A stretch of 64,000 nucleotides of DNA. Source: Bacteroidota bacterium (lineage in GTDB: Bacteria; Bacteroidota; Bacteroidia; JABDFU01). Of the stretch, positions 40,019 through 50,656 are shown piece after piece; positions within the stretch are counted from its first letter, which is position 1, and the number at the start of each line of letters is the position of its first letter. The position numbers and the translations under genes are program-made. The notes under the pieces were generated by a model that searched no databases, was not told the origin of the DNA, and saw only the letters and a list, made by a program, of their open reading frames with translations. The stretch covers positions 21,125 through 85,124 of the forward strand of contig JABDFG010000002.1 of assembly GCA_013286655.1 (NCBI GenBank). The letters are read 5' to 3'.

Positions 40019-40528
40019 ATGAAATTCATCGTTTTTTTATTTGTTTTCTTGTTTGCTGGTTTCGCATATTCTCAGGACCACTGGGCGCTAGGTGCGAATG
40101 TCAATTATGATTTCCAGACAAATGGTATTGGTGCAGGACTCCGGGCTTATATTCCTGTGAAGGGTCAACTGGCGATTTCTCCTCAGGTGAGTTATTTTTT
40201 CCCTTTTAATGCAATTACGGAATATTATGCGGGCATGGCTGTGCAGTATGACCTGCTTCCGAAACGGAACTGGACTATTTACCCGCTGGTGGCTGCGTAT
40301 TATAATCGCTGGATTAATTATTCTGATTATATCGGTAGTGTGGCGAAGCCGAATAATTTTTCAGAGGAGGCAGGGCTTGGTATGATGAAGGGTTATGGTT
40401 GTATCCGGCCTTTTGCGGAAGCTCGTTATGATTTTAAATGGGCCGAATTTAATGTGCAGGCCGGACTATTGTTTTTTTTCGGGGATTGTTTTGGACGGTC
40501 TGTGGATGTTTGTCCGGCGTATTTTTGA
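40019..40528 (+). CDS. Small outer-membrane beta-barrel-like protein, hypothetical
   Basis: 169 aa with a signal peptide MKFIVFLFVFLFAGFAYSQ, alternating aromatic/hydrophilic strands, and a C-terminal F. Confidence 0.4.
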   Translation: MKFIVFLFVFLFAGFAYSQDHWALGANVNYDFQTNGIGAGLRAYIPVKGQLAISPQVSYFFPFNAITEYYAGMAVQYDLLPKRNWTIYPLVAAYYNRWINYSDYIGSVAKPNNFSEEAGLGMMKGYGCIRPFAEARYDFKWAEFNVQAGLLFFFGDCFGRSVDVCPAYF

Positions 40529-41450
40529 ATTAAAAGCATAAATTTTTCTCTCTCAGAAAGCATAGTTGAACCTATTCATTTATTCAATTGAGTTTGCTTA
40601 TTGGTGCAAATTTTTTCAAGAAATCCTGGGTCTGAGGCACGGCCATAAATTTTCATTTTTTTAAAGTCCATCTATTTTCGAGCAAATAACTACACTGCTG
40701 AAATCTTTTGAATTTTCTCAATGGCTTCAAGGATAGCCAGCAGCGCAATATAATCCTTTCCAGATTCAGACATAAATTGCATCTCTGAGAACGTACGGTC
40801 TGCAATACGGCTTAATGTATTTTTCCGTACAAATGTCAATATCACGGTTAAACTGTTTCTTTAGTAAATCTCTTAATTCCCAATCAAGGTCATAAATATT
40901 TTTTGTTCCCGGTTCCCTTGCAATTGGGCATCCTGCTGCTGCAAATATATCCCCAAAATCCGACAAGATTTTGATTATATAAAGGAAAAAACAATCAGGT
41001 CAAACCCGTGTCTTTATTGACCGTATAACTGACCGAACGCGCTGATTCAATTGAGCTTGCTGCAATTCACGCGAAATCTTTACAAGAATCTCAGGTTTGA
41101 GTTGGACTTGAACCCTTTGGGAAGGACAAATTCAGGTATAATTTGCTAAAATAAGATGCAAATTCCGGACGCATTTACAAAAAGAAAATTATTTATCCAA
41201 AAAATCTCTTCACATATTGTTTCAAAATCTTACATCCATTTTTCATGTCATTATGACCGATCTCTTAACAAAAGATGCATTTCTATTTAAATTTCGAACA
41301 CATTAGAGAATTCTAATAACATAATGTTCGTTTTTCTTACACATGTAAGATTTCGGGCCATTATGTAGTCCTCGAATTTATCGAAATGACATAAATTGGC
41401 GCACTCAGGTTTCTAATAAACCTCCGAAACGATTTAATAATTTATGCGTT

Positions 41451-42188
41451 ATGGCAGAAAAACTTAAATGCGTATTAATAGATGCAGATTTACAATCGCA
41501 TCGCCTTTTGAAAAATCTATGTAAGGGTTCCCCTACCATAGAATTGACTCATAGCTTTACCTGTCCAAAACAGTTTATTAATAGTGTCGGAAAATTAAAA
41601 TTTGATTTTTGTTTGCTTGATATTCACATTCTCGAGCCGGAGAGGCAGTTAATTTCTAATCTGGTTAAGAACAAACCGGTCATATTCCTTACGGATACTT
41701 ACGACGATAGGTTGAGGGAAGTAATCAATTTTGCTCCTATTGATATCGTTAACAAGCCAATTGAAAAAGAGCAGTTGAATCTCGCGTTGGAAAGAGTGAA
41801 TCATTTTCCGATTCAAAACAAAGATAAAAGACAGGAATTGTTTCGTATAAAAGGTCGTCGTGGAAAATGGAAATTGAAACTAGCCGAAATTGCCGTTGTG
41901 AAAACGGATACAATTGATCCCAGAAATAAACGAGTAATAATGAAGGATGCGGAAATACATATTCTAAGGAATTACACGTTTGAATATTTGCTTGGGCTCT
42001 CAAACCTTCTGGTTCGGGTCAACAAGTGTGAAATCATAGGAATGGATTTCGTTCGTGAAGTAAGATACAATTCAATTATTTTAAATGGAATAATGGAAAA
42101 CGGAGAAGAAAGACAGGTTCCGCTTAGTCGAGCTTTTAAGAAAAATTTCATGCAATTGCTAATGCAAAATGTGCCAATCAGGGAATAG
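41451..42188 (+). CDS. Orphan LytTR-family response regulator (receiver + LytTR), no adjacent kinase
   Basis: 245 aa with a receiver-like N-terminus (LIDAD, LLDIHI, K in IVNKP) and a C-terminal LytTR region (IAVVKTDT...). Confidence 0.65.
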   Translation: MAEKLKCVLIDADLQSHRLLKNLCKGSPTIELTHSFTCPKQFINSVGKLKFDFCLLDIHILEPERQLISNLVKNKPVIFLTDTYDDRLREVINFAPIDIVNKPIEKEQLNLALERVNHFPIQNKDKRQELFRIKGRRGKWKLKLAEIAVVKTDTIDPRNKRVIMKDAEIHILRNYTFEYLLGLSNLLVRVNKCEIIGMDFVREVRYNSIILNGIMENGEERQVPLSRAFKKNFMQLLMQNVPIRE

Positions 42189-42199
42189 TGCATGCAGGT

Positions 42200-42237
42200 C
42201 ATTACATAAAAACTGTCGTTCATTACACAAAAACTGT
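42200..42237 (+). promoter_or_regulatory. Candidate LytTR operator: direct repeats CATTACATAAAAACTGT / CATTACACAAAAACTGT with 21-bp phasing, 65 bp upstream of the 1825-aa gene
   Basis: Read directly at 42200-42216 and 42221-42237. A further related pair, AAACTGTAACA (42231) and AAATCGTAACA (42257), lies nearby. Immediately downstream of the orphan LytTR gene. Confidence 0.5.
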
Positions 42238-42301
42238 AACATACTACATGTTTGTAAATCGTAACAGAACATAATATAGATTTGCACCAAAATAAAATCG
42301 T

Positions 42302-45300
42302 ATGAAGAATAAAAATACTTTTAATGTTTTATTATGTGGGGTATTGTTAGGAAGCCAGGTCTACGGCAATGTATTCACGGCTGTTAGCACTTCCAGCGGG
42401 AATTGGAATAATTCTGCTTCCTGGAGTTTAACTTCAGGAACATCCTCTTTAAATTATCCTACCCCTGGCGATACGGTTTATTTGCCCGCAGGGAAAAGTA
42501 TCACAATCCCATCCTCATTCACCGCCTACGCAGCTCTATTGACTTTGGATAATAATGATAACTCGGCAAGCGTAACCCTCACTTTTGCCTCTTCATCCAG
42601 TGCGCTTATTGTAAGTGGCAACGTAAATATGAACACTTACAGCACCCAGGGAAGCTTCAGCGGTACGATAAATGGCATAATAAATATGACGGGCGGAAAT
42701 TTTTCGATTGGCGGAAATCTCGTCTGCATAGCTGAAAAAACAGGAAGTTACAGTATGGATCAAACAATTACATTGGGGGGAGGAACATTAACTATTGCAG
42801 GTAATGCGACCTTTACCCATAACGGAGGAGGCAATGCAAAATTGGATATGACAACATCAGGAAGTACATTCAACGTGGCGGGAAATCTCACTCTTGACGT
42901 TCTCAGCAATAACTCAGGGGCTACAGGAAATGTGTTATTCAATGGCACATCGACACAGAGTATTAATGGAACTTCACCAGTTTTCAGCACCCTGACAATA
43001 AATAATACAGGTGGCTCAGTCAACCTGAATGTTCCAGTGAGTATTTCAACAGGTTTAACTTTAACTTCCGGAAATATTATTTCTACCTCAACCAACTTTT
43101 TAACAATAAATAATGGTGCAACTTCTTCTTCAGGAAGCTTTAGTTCTTTTATAAATGGGCCAGTTTTGAAAATCGGTAATTCTGCATTTACATTCCCTAC
43201 AGGAAATTTAACTGATTACCAGCCAATTTCAATTTCGGCTCCAGCACATATTACTGATGGGTTCACTGCCCAGTATTTCAAAACCAACCAATCGCTAGGA
43301 AACACACTGGATACTGGAATCGCCAATTTGAGTAATTGCGAATACTGGACATTGAACCAAACCACAGGAACAGATAATGTATCAGTGACTCTTGGTTGGA
43401 ATAGTAATAGCTGCAACGTAACTCAAAATGATTCCAATATGAGAATAGCCTTGTTTAACTCCACTACAAATAAGTGGACCGATGAAGGAGGAATTAATCC
43501 AACCGGAAACTCTTCTTATGGAACAATTACAAGCGCTTTTGCATTGGCGAGTTACGGGTCATTAACTTATGCAAATAAGTATTTAACTCCCGGTATTTCA
43601 TGTTCTAATGCCATTCAATTACCAGGGAATGATACTCTAATGAATGCAACTCAGACTGACAGCGTTATTTGGTATAGTTTTGTGCCTATTTTTTCAAATA
43701 GTAAAATAGTGGTTATTAATAAATCAAATTCTACTGTTGGAAGGATTTCTCGTTTGACACTTTATAGCGGAGGGTGTAATAATTTACAACAAATTGGTAA
43801 AGCCTTTTTAGCTACCGATACAACTGCGATTAAATTATATGGAGATTCTGTTATTTTGTATGTAAATAACCTTGTACAGGGTCAGACCTACAACTTAAGT
43901 TTAAAAAAGGAATTGAATAATTCAAATCCTGTAATATTTAATGTTGAAGCTGGACAAAATTCCTTCCTAAGCGTGAATGGTTGCGCAAACGGTTTTGGAA
44001 ATATTTGTGGGAATATCGGTCCTTTTTTTAATTACAATCCAGCTTTAGGATTTACTGAAAATAACCCATTTGGATTTTATTACTATGTACTTGACAAAAC
44101 CAGCGGACCAAATGGAGCATCAGATATTCAAAATTTTCAAATTTTCTCTACAGACTATAACTTCGTGAATAATGGACTTTTTTATACTGTAGCCGATAAC
44201 TATCAAAATAACGGAATGGGTGCTGGAAATTATACGACAAATGGAAATTATCAATTTCAAACAGGCTCAACCACTACGAATGGAACAGCTGTTATTATAC
44301 TAAACGGGCCCACATACTTACACTATTCAGGAATAATACCATCTGGAACTGCCCCTGGAACAAAATGGTGTTATACTCTTTATTTATACCAATTGTCATT
44401 CTCTGGTCCAGCTCAATTAATTTGTGATGGATCATTATGCATTACCACTTCATATATTGAACCGTTAAATTCTTCTGCAATTTCTGGATGTTTAGGGCAA
44501 TGTGAAACTCTTTCGGCTCCTGCGGGAAGTAATTACACATGGGAAACTGGTAGCTCTTCAATTGTTGGCACAACCGAAAATATTAATGTTTGCCCCACTA
44601 CCACAACTACTTACACCTTAAATTTTCTTCCAGACAATCCTTGTATTATCAATAATGAAGCCGTTACGGTTAATGTCAATCCGACTCCAATTGTAACAAT
44701 TACCGGGAATACAAATATTTGTTCTGGTTCTAGTACAACTCTTGCAGCAAATGTAGTAAGTCAACTTTCGTTCACTTATCAATGGAGCAATGGCGCCAAT
44801 ACTTCTTCAATAAATGTAAGCCCTTTAAATAATACTACATATACTGTTACTATTACAAATACAGCTGGTTGCTCAAGTACAGCAAGCGTTTCAGTAACAG
44901 TTGGCATTGTAACTATTTCAGCCACAGTAGCCTCAGGGTCACCAATATTATGTTCAGGTGATGCAACTTTACAAGCAACTGGCAATTCAGTAAGTTACCT
45001 TTGGGAACCCGGAAATTTATCTGGTTCGACGGTAACTGTTTCTCCAACTGAACCAACGACTTATACTGTAACCGGGACAGATGCCAATGGATGCAATGCT
45101 TCAACAACTGTTTTTGTTCAATATTATGGTTGTTGCACAAGTAACACTGGGTATACAAACACAACATTTAGTACTAACACTACAATCAGTTCAAACTCAT
45201 CTTTTAGTGGAATAATTACAGTCGCTTCAGGTGTTGTTCTTACGATAAATGGAGGAGCAACCATTTTTATGGGAACAAATGCTCAAATAAATCTTTTAGC

Positions 45301-47779
45301 TGGAGCAAGTATGGTAATAACAGGTGCTTCAATTCTTTTACCATGCGCAAATATGTGGCAGGGTATTTATTTAACAACGGCTACATCAACAATAACTGTT
45401 AATGAGGGCTCAACCATAGAAGGAGCTCAAAATGCAATTGTTTCAAACTTTGGGGCTAAGTTTACTGTTAATGGCGCTATTTTTAATGAAAATTACATTG
45501 GTGTTCTTGTTAATACTTACACAACAGCCAATCACCCAGGAACGATTATAAATGCTCAGTTTACCTGCACTTCGGGGCTTTTTCCACCCTATCCTCCCGG
45601 CCGGCGCAGTTATACAGGAATTTACATTGACCAAGTGGGGAATTATTCACCAAGTATCTCTAGTATAACCATCGGCACTGCAACTGTTGGGAATCAAAAT
45701 GTTTTTGATAATCAGGATTATGGTATTCAAAGCATCCAAAGTTACGTCACTGCAAGAAACTGTACTTTCCAGAATATGTCTGGTGCTTCCTATTATACAT
45801 GCGCTCCTTCAGTTTGTGTTCCCCCCCCTGCTATTGGTGTAGGCATCAGAATGGATAATTCTGTTTCAGATGCAACATTTGGTAATGGTAGAACTACCGA
45901 CTTCCGAGGTGCCGAAGGGTACCTTCATGTTTTTGACTGCATATTTCAAAATGTTTACAGGGGCATTGATATTAATTACGGGAGTAATTTGACGATTACC
46001 AATAATATTTTTGATAACTCGACTAGTGGAAGTACATACGCTCCTTATGGAAACGAGGGTATTAACGCAATATGGTTTGTAATTCCTTACTATAATTCTC
46101 GCATACCTTCCCAAGCAACAATGCAACTCAATACAATTAATAATAATGGAGTGGGGATATTAACAAATATTATACTTCCAAACCAGGATGCTGGCAACAA
46201 TGGAACACTCGCTATAAATAATAATCAAATTAACACTATTAATTACACGCCAAATGTATCTACCGTGGATGGAATTGTTGCCGAACAATCATTGGGTTAT
46301 AACTTTCTTCCAATTACGTCCGTTTCTATTAATGAAAATTCAATAAATAATTGTGTTCAGCGAGGAATCCTTGCAAGTTCAATATATACTGGATACGCAT
46401 TTCTTGATTTAAATCAAATAGGATTTGTTCCGTCCGGTAATTTTTTAAAACAAGGAATAAATGTCCAAGCAATATTAACATATGCAGGGGGAAGCAATAA
46501 CGGCAGTGTCGATGTCGGAAATAATACCATTACTTCCTCCACTGTAACATCCCATTCAAATATCCATGCAATTGATTATAGTCAAACAATTTATGGCAGT
46601 GTACATAATAACATTTTGAACAATACAGGAATCGGAATGAATTTTTCAGGAACCTGTGGATTTACAAGTGTTACTTGTAACCAGATGAATACCACCAATA
46701 CAGGTATAAATTTTGCAAAGGGCACATCCATGCCGGCAACCAATGGAACTTCCATACTCCCGCAAGATAATCAGTGGATTAACGTACCTTCTTCAGGTCC
46801 ATCAAGTGGTTACTTTGTAGGAGCTCTTACACCCGAACCAACTTGGTATGTAAGACCCACAGGTAATTACAATTTCACAGGTACTAATGAATATCCCTCT
46901 GGTCTTGTTGCTATACCAGTTCCGACTTCTACTTCAGCCTCCAGCAATTGTACTCCAAGTTGCGTTGAACCACCCTGTTTACAACTACAACTTATAAATC
47001 TTCTTCAGAACAATTCCTTCGGGGCATCGACGCAGAATACATTTGCAAACGATGAGTTTGTTTATTCTCAGTTGCTTTTCAATGATACTCTTATGAATAT
47101 GGGTACGTCATACGACAGTGCTCTGACCCATTTTTACGATAGTATAAGTTCGACAACCATCGGTCAAATTTCGCAAGTTGAACATTTGATTGCTTCCGGT
47201 AACTTATCTGGGGCATTATCTCTGAATGGCAGTATCAGTACTCCCAATATCGTAGTATCAAACATTATTTCACTGGACAGCATTTATATTAACACAATTG
47301 CTACCAATTTTAATCGCAATTCAACTTCCCAGGAAAGGAGCATCCTATTTAACATAGCTCAACAATGTCCTTTAGCTGGAGGCAGGGCGGTTTACCAGGC
47401 AAGAGCTCTGCTCAGTGTTTTAAAGGATAGTGTTGTTACTTATAACGATGATAGTCTCTGTGCTAATAGTAATTCAGGCAGAATGAGAGGAATTGAAAAC
47501 AGTAACAATAATAAAACAAATAATACTTCCAATCCTACATTTAAGTTGTATCCTAATCCCAATAATGGCGATATGACCTTAGAGTATAACATTGCAGGAA
47601 GCAAGGCACAGTTTGTATTGTATGACATAACCGGAAAATTGGTAAATTCATATGACCTGAATGTAAAGGGAAATTTATTTCAAGTTGCACAATCTAACTT
47701 GAGGAATGGAGTTTACTATTATGAAATACAAGTTGACGGACAGGTCGTTAAATATGATAAAATCGTCATTATTAATTAG
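42302..47779 (+). CDS. Giant (1825 aa) secreted surface protein: parallel beta-helix repeats, Ig-like domains, T9SS type-A C-terminal sorting domain
   Basis: Signal peptide, N/T/S-rich beta-helix-like repeats (NNIFDNSTSG, NNNGVGI...) and multiple Cys-pair Ig-like segments. The C-terminus KLYPNPNNGDMTLEY...VYYYEIQVDGQ matches the type-A CTD. Confidence 0.8.
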   Translation: MKNKNTFNVLLCGVLLGSQVYGNVFTAVSTSSGNWNNSASWSLTSGTSSLNYPTPGDTVYLPAGKSITIPSSFTAYAALLTLDNNDNSASVTLTFASSSSALIVSGNVNMNTYSTQGSFSGTINGIINMTGGNFSIGGNLVCIAEKTGSYSMDQTITLGGGTLTIAGNATFTHNGGGNAKLDMTTSGSTFNVAGNLTLDVLSNNSGATGNVLFNGTSTQSINGTSPVFSTLTINNTGGSVNLNVPVSISTGLTLTSGNIISTSTNFLTINNGATSSSGSFSSFINGPVLKIGNSAFTFPTGNLTDYQPISISAPAHITDGFTAQYFKTNQSLGNTLDTGIANLSNCEYWTLNQTTGTDNVSVTLGWNSNSCNVTQNDSNMRIALFNSTTNKWTDEGGINPTGNSSYGTITSAFALASYGSLTYANKYLTPGISCSNAIQLPGNDTLMNATQTDSVIWYSFVPIFSNSKIVVINKSNSTVGRISRLTLYSGGCNNLQQIGKAFLATDTTAIKLYGDSVILYVNNLVQGQTYNLSLKKELNNSNPVIFNVEAGQNSFLSVNGCANGFGNICGNIGPFFNYNPALGFTENNPFGFYYYVLDKTSGPNGASDIQNFQIFSTDYNFVNNGLFYTVADNYQNNGMGAGNYTTNGNYQFQTGSTTTNGTAVIILNGPTYLHYSGIIPSGTAPGTKWCYTLYLYQLSFSGPAQLICDGSLCITTSYIEPLNSSAISGCLGQCETLSAPAGSNYTWETGSSSIVGTTENINVCPTTTTTYTLNFLPDNPCIINNEAVTVNVNPTPIVTITGNTNICSGSSTTLAANVVSQLSFTYQWSNGANTSSINVSPLNNTTYTVTITNTAGCSSTASVSVTVGIVTISATVASGSPILCSGDATLQATGNSVSYLWEPGNLSGSTVTVSPTEPTTYTVTGTDANGCNASTTVFVQYYGCCTSNTGYTNTTFSTNTTISSNSSFSGIITVASGVVLTINGGATIFMGTNAQINLLAGASMVITGASILLPCANMWQGIYLTTATSTITVNEGSTIEGAQNAIVSNFGAKFTVNGAIFNENYIGVLVNTYTTANHPGTIINAQFTCTSGLFPPYPPGRRSYTGIYIDQVGNYSPSISSITIGTATVGNQNVFDNQDYGIQSIQSYVTARNCTFQNMSGASYYTCAPSVCVPPPAIGVGIRMDNSVSDATFGNGRTTDFRGAEGYLHVFDCIFQNVYRGIDINYGSNLTITNNIFDNSTSGSTYAPYGNEGINAIWFVIPYYNSRIPSQATMQLNTINNNGVGILTNIILPNQDAGNNGTLAINNNQINTINYTPNVSTVDGIVAEQSLGYNFLPITSVSINENSINNCVQRGILASSIYTGYAFLDLNQIGFVPSGNFLKQGINVQAILTYAGGSNNGSVDVGNNTITSSTVTSHSNIHAIDYSQTIYGSVHNNILNNTGIGMNFSGTCGFTSVTCNQMNTTNTGINFAKGTSMPATNGTSILPQDNQWINVPSSGPSSGYFVGALTPEPTWYVRPTGNYNFTGTNEYPSGLVAIPVPTSTSASSNCTPSCVEPPCLQLQLINLLQNNSFGASTQNTFANDEFVYSQLLFNDTLMNMGTSYDSALTHFYDSISSTTIGQISQVEHLIASGNLSGALSLNGSISTPNIVVSNIISLDSIYINTIATNFNRNSTSQERSILFNIAQQCPLAGGRAVYQARALLSVLKDSVVTYNDDSLCANSNSGRMRGIENSNNNKTNNTSNPTFKLYPNPNNGDMTLEYNIAGSKAQFVLYDITGKLVNSYDLNVKGNLFQVAQSNLRNGVYYYEIQVDGQVVKYDKIVIIN

Positions 47780-47819
47780 GAGAAAGCCAATATTTAAAAA
47801 CGACGCAAGAGCATACCTT

Positions 47820-49007
47820 ATGTCAGGTATGCTCTTATTTTTATTAAAAATGACTGCACAAAACTTAGTTCCGAATTATAGTTTTGAAAATGATACTGCG
47901 TGTCCAACAGATACGTGGCAAATATCGTACGCTTTACCGTGGTTTACCCCAGCTATAACATCTCCAGCCGACTTATTTAATGAATGTGATACAGTTTTAA
48001 ATAATATAGTCGGAGTTCCAAAAAACATATGGGGATTCCATTACCCAAGAACTGGAAAAGGATACGCCGGGTTTTATGCCATAACGATTGGTTTTCCTGG
48101 AGGTCGTAAATATTTATCGGTTAAAATGGATTCTATATTAAAACCAGGAAAAAAATATTGCGTTACTTATTACTTAAGTCTTGCTGACACTTGTATTTAT
48201 GGGGTCAGTTCTTTAGGCGTGTACTTTTCAGTAGACACTCCAAAATATAATGGCAGTGGAACGGATGTTTTAAATTACACTCCCCAAGTCACAAATCTCT
48301 CCAATAACTTCATCCTTGACAAAATCAACTGGGTTCCAATGACTGGAGAATATACGGCGGTTGGGGGAGAACAGTTCATTACCATTGGCAATTTTAATGA
48401 TGATGCGAACACGGTAACTCAGACGGCAGTTGGAGGAACACAACCCTGGGCTTATTATTACATTGATGATGTTTTTGTAACTCCAGAAGTTGGAGCTAAT
48501 GCTGGTTCAGGCAAACAAATTTGCCGTGGGAAAGGAATAATTATTGGAGATAGTGCTGTTGCTGGAGCGACATACTTTTGGCAACCATCAATAGGATTGA
48601 GTGATTCGACAATTTCAAATCCGGCAGCCAACCCTACTGTCACAACAACATATACTTTAACAATAACATATAGCGGTTCGAGTTGCACCGGGAATTTAAC
48701 TGATACTGTTAGTGTGGTTGTCAATGATTGCAGTCAGACAATATTTGTTCCAAGTGGATTTTCACCTAACGGAGATGGCAAAAATGATATTTTATTGGTT
48801 CAAGGTGACAATATTCAAACAATGGATTTTATTATTTATGACCGATGGGGAGAGAAGGTGTTTGAAACTGCCAGTCCTGCAACTGGTTGGGACGGCACAT
48901 TTATAGGTAAGAAGGCAGATACAGGAGTATATGTTTATTATTTAAAAGGAAAACTATCGAACGGAGAAGATATAATCAAAAATGGAAATATTACGCTCTT
49001 GCGTTGA
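47820..49007 (+). CDS. Secreted protein with T9SS type-B (gliding-motility-associated) C-terminal domain
   Basis: The C-terminus FSPNGDGKNDILLVQG...YDRWGEKVFE...GNITLLR matches the type-B CTD. The start was chosen at the first ATG after the upstream stop (MSGMLLFLLKMTAQ signal). The track ORF starts at 47706 and overlaps the previous gene. Confidence 0.7.
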   Translation: MSGMLLFLLKMTAQNLVPNYSFENDTACPTDTWQISYALPWFTPAITSPADLFNECDTVLNNIVGVPKNIWGFHYPRTGKGYAGFYAITIGFPGGRKYLSVKMDSILKPGKKYCVTYYLSLADTCIYGVSSLGVYFSVDTPKYNGSGTDVLNYTPQVTNLSNNFILDKINWVPMTGEYTAVGGEQFITIGNFNDDANTVTQTAVGGTQPWAYYYIDDVFVTPEVGANAGSGKQICRGKGIIIGDSAVAGATYFWQPSIGLSDSTISNPAANPTVTTTYTLTITYSGSSCTGNLTDTVSVVVNDCSQTIFVPSGFSPNGDGKNDILLVQGDNIQTMDFIIYDRWGEKVFETASPATGWDGTFIGKKADTGVYVYYLKGKLSNGEDIIKNGNITLLR

Positions 49008-49163
49008 TGAAATAATTATTTGTCTTCAATCTTTTATATGAAAAAGAATGGAATTACATATGTCAAAAAAATAATTCATTAGCTCAAAACAATTTTCACA
49101 ATATAATAAATGTATTTTTTGTTAAAGCTAAGATAATCCCTTTTAACAGTTTATTGAATCGCT

Positions 49164-49907
49164 ATGAAAACAGAATTTAAGTATTATATGTTATTATTTT
49201 TACTCCTTCCGCTCACCTCAATTGCAGCTAATTTAGACTCTACAGATAGAAATAAAATTCAAAGAATAGAATTTAGTTTAGCTTATGGTGCACTTATCCC
49301 AACTGGAGAATACACCTCACAATCAAATATAAATTCAGCCTTTGCAAAAAATGGTGTTGATTTGAATCTTGAATTAAGATATCGTTTAAGTGAATTTATT
49401 GGCATCGGAATTGAAAAAGGCTTTTTTCAAAATTTCGTGCACACAAGTTATTTTGATAATAGGCTAGGACAATATTCAAATTATGAATCCGCTGAACCTT
49501 CGACATTTAATTCCTATTGGTCAGGCTCGTATAACTTGATTGGCATTAATTTCTGTAATTCTATAAATAAATTTACTATTGGGGCAACCATAAACTGTGG
49601 CATTATAAGTGTCGAAGAACCTTATTTAGAATATATATGGGTCTCGCCGACTACAATCTTGAATAGATTTTATAGCCAAAGTGATAATGCCGAAGGTTGG
49701 TGTTTAAAATTTAAAGCTATGATCAGATACAATTGCAATAAAAGAATTGATTTCTTTATTCAAAGTTCTTATTTTTTTGCAAAACCTAAAATTAACCAAA
49801 CTAACCAAATAATTATTAATGGAAATGAGACAGAAATCAAAACCAGTTTTCTTCAACCTATTTCGAATTTTGGAATTTCTGCTGGGATTTTAATAAAGTT
49901 ATTTTAA
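49164..49907 (+). CDS. Outer-membrane beta-barrel protein, hypothetical
   Basis: 247 aa with a signal peptide and beta-strand periodicity. It lacks the PorP/SprF motif expected downstream of a type-B cargo gene. Confidence 0.4.
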   Translation: MKTEFKYYMLLFLLLPLTSIAANLDSTDRNKIQRIEFSLAYGALIPTGEYTSQSNINSAFAKNGVDLNLELRYRLSEFIGIGIEKGFFQNFVHTSYFDNRLGQYSNYESAEPSTFNSYWSGSYNLIGINFCNSINKFTIGATINCGIISVEEPYLEYIWVSPTTILNRFYSQSDNAEGWCLKFKAMIRYNCNKRIDFFIQSSYFFAKPKINQTNQIIINGNETEIKTSFLQPISNFGISAGILIKLF

Positions 49908-49986
49908 ATGCAATAAATATAGATAAAATAATAGAAATAGCCGGAGCTATAAATGGTCACAACTTCCGTAACATATCATAGACTTT

Positions 49987-50505
49987 CTAGCCATTCAGTA
50001 ATTCCTGGTGAAATACCTTTAAATAGACAAGAATTCCTAGTATTACGAAAATAATTACGGCCAATAAAACCATTTTTTGTCTGTAGGAGTTCATATCCTG
50101 CTTAAGTGAAAAATTATGGGTAATGTTTTTCATAACGTTCTGGGTCCGTAAAAACATTTTGTCGTTCTTCACGATGTAATCAAATGCTCCGTGTTTCATA
50201 GTGTCTATGGCGACATCAATATGATCCTGGGCGGAAAACATAATGACATTCGTGTCCGGATTTGTTTTTTTGATCTCGTTTAAAACTTTAATTCCATCCA
50301 TGGCCTTTGGAGAAACTCCATTGAGCAAATAATCCAGAAATACAATGCCGGGCTTTTTATAAAGGAATTTCAGACAGTCCTCCCCCGTTGTGAATGTTGT
50401 TATGTTGTAATTCCTGAAAAACTGGTTAACGTAAAGTTTCATGGTGGCAAGAAACATTTTGTCGTCGTCTACCAGAAAGATCTGATTGTTTTCTGTCGTT
50501 TTCAT
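49987..50505 (-). CDS. Stand-alone receiver-domain protein with C-terminal transmembrane anchor
   Basis: CheY-like receiver (FLVDDD, phospho-Asp in VFLDYLL, S in MFSAQ, K in DYIVKND) followed by a single hydrophobic helix LLAVIIFVILGILVYL, with no output domain. The start is set at the ATG at 50505; the track ORF extends to 50634. Confidence 0.6.
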   Translation of the reverse strand: MKTTENNQIFLVDDDKMFLATMKLYVNQFFRNYNITTFTTGEDCLKFLYKKPGIVFLDYLLNGVSPKAMDGIKVLNEIKKTNPDTNVIMFSAQDHIDVAIDTMKHGAFDYIVKNDKMFLRTQNVMKNITHNFSLKQDMNSYRQKMVLLAVIIFVILGILVYLKVFHQELLNG

Positions 50506-50656
50506 GGCTGTGGCGTTTAGGTTAATGAACATTTCTATTTTTCTAACGGATGCGCCAATAAAATGATTGTGGTATTTCGGTAGTGTTTGGTTTCTTATCG
50601 ATGAGCGTAATAAAAATAAAGGTGAAAAAGACAAGGTCTTGGGGTGGCTATCCTGA

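Noticed and set aside
41080-41125. tRNA-like T-arm word GGTTCAAGTCC
   Set aside because: No acceptor stem, D-arm or anticodon arm can be folded around it, so it is not a tRNA gene. It is noted only as a possible integration scar inside the low-coding island.
47706-47819. Upstream extension of the type-B CTD gene overlapping the 1825-aa gene by 74 nt
   Set aside because: An in-frame ATG just after the upstream stop yields a proper signal peptide, so the extension is unnecessary.
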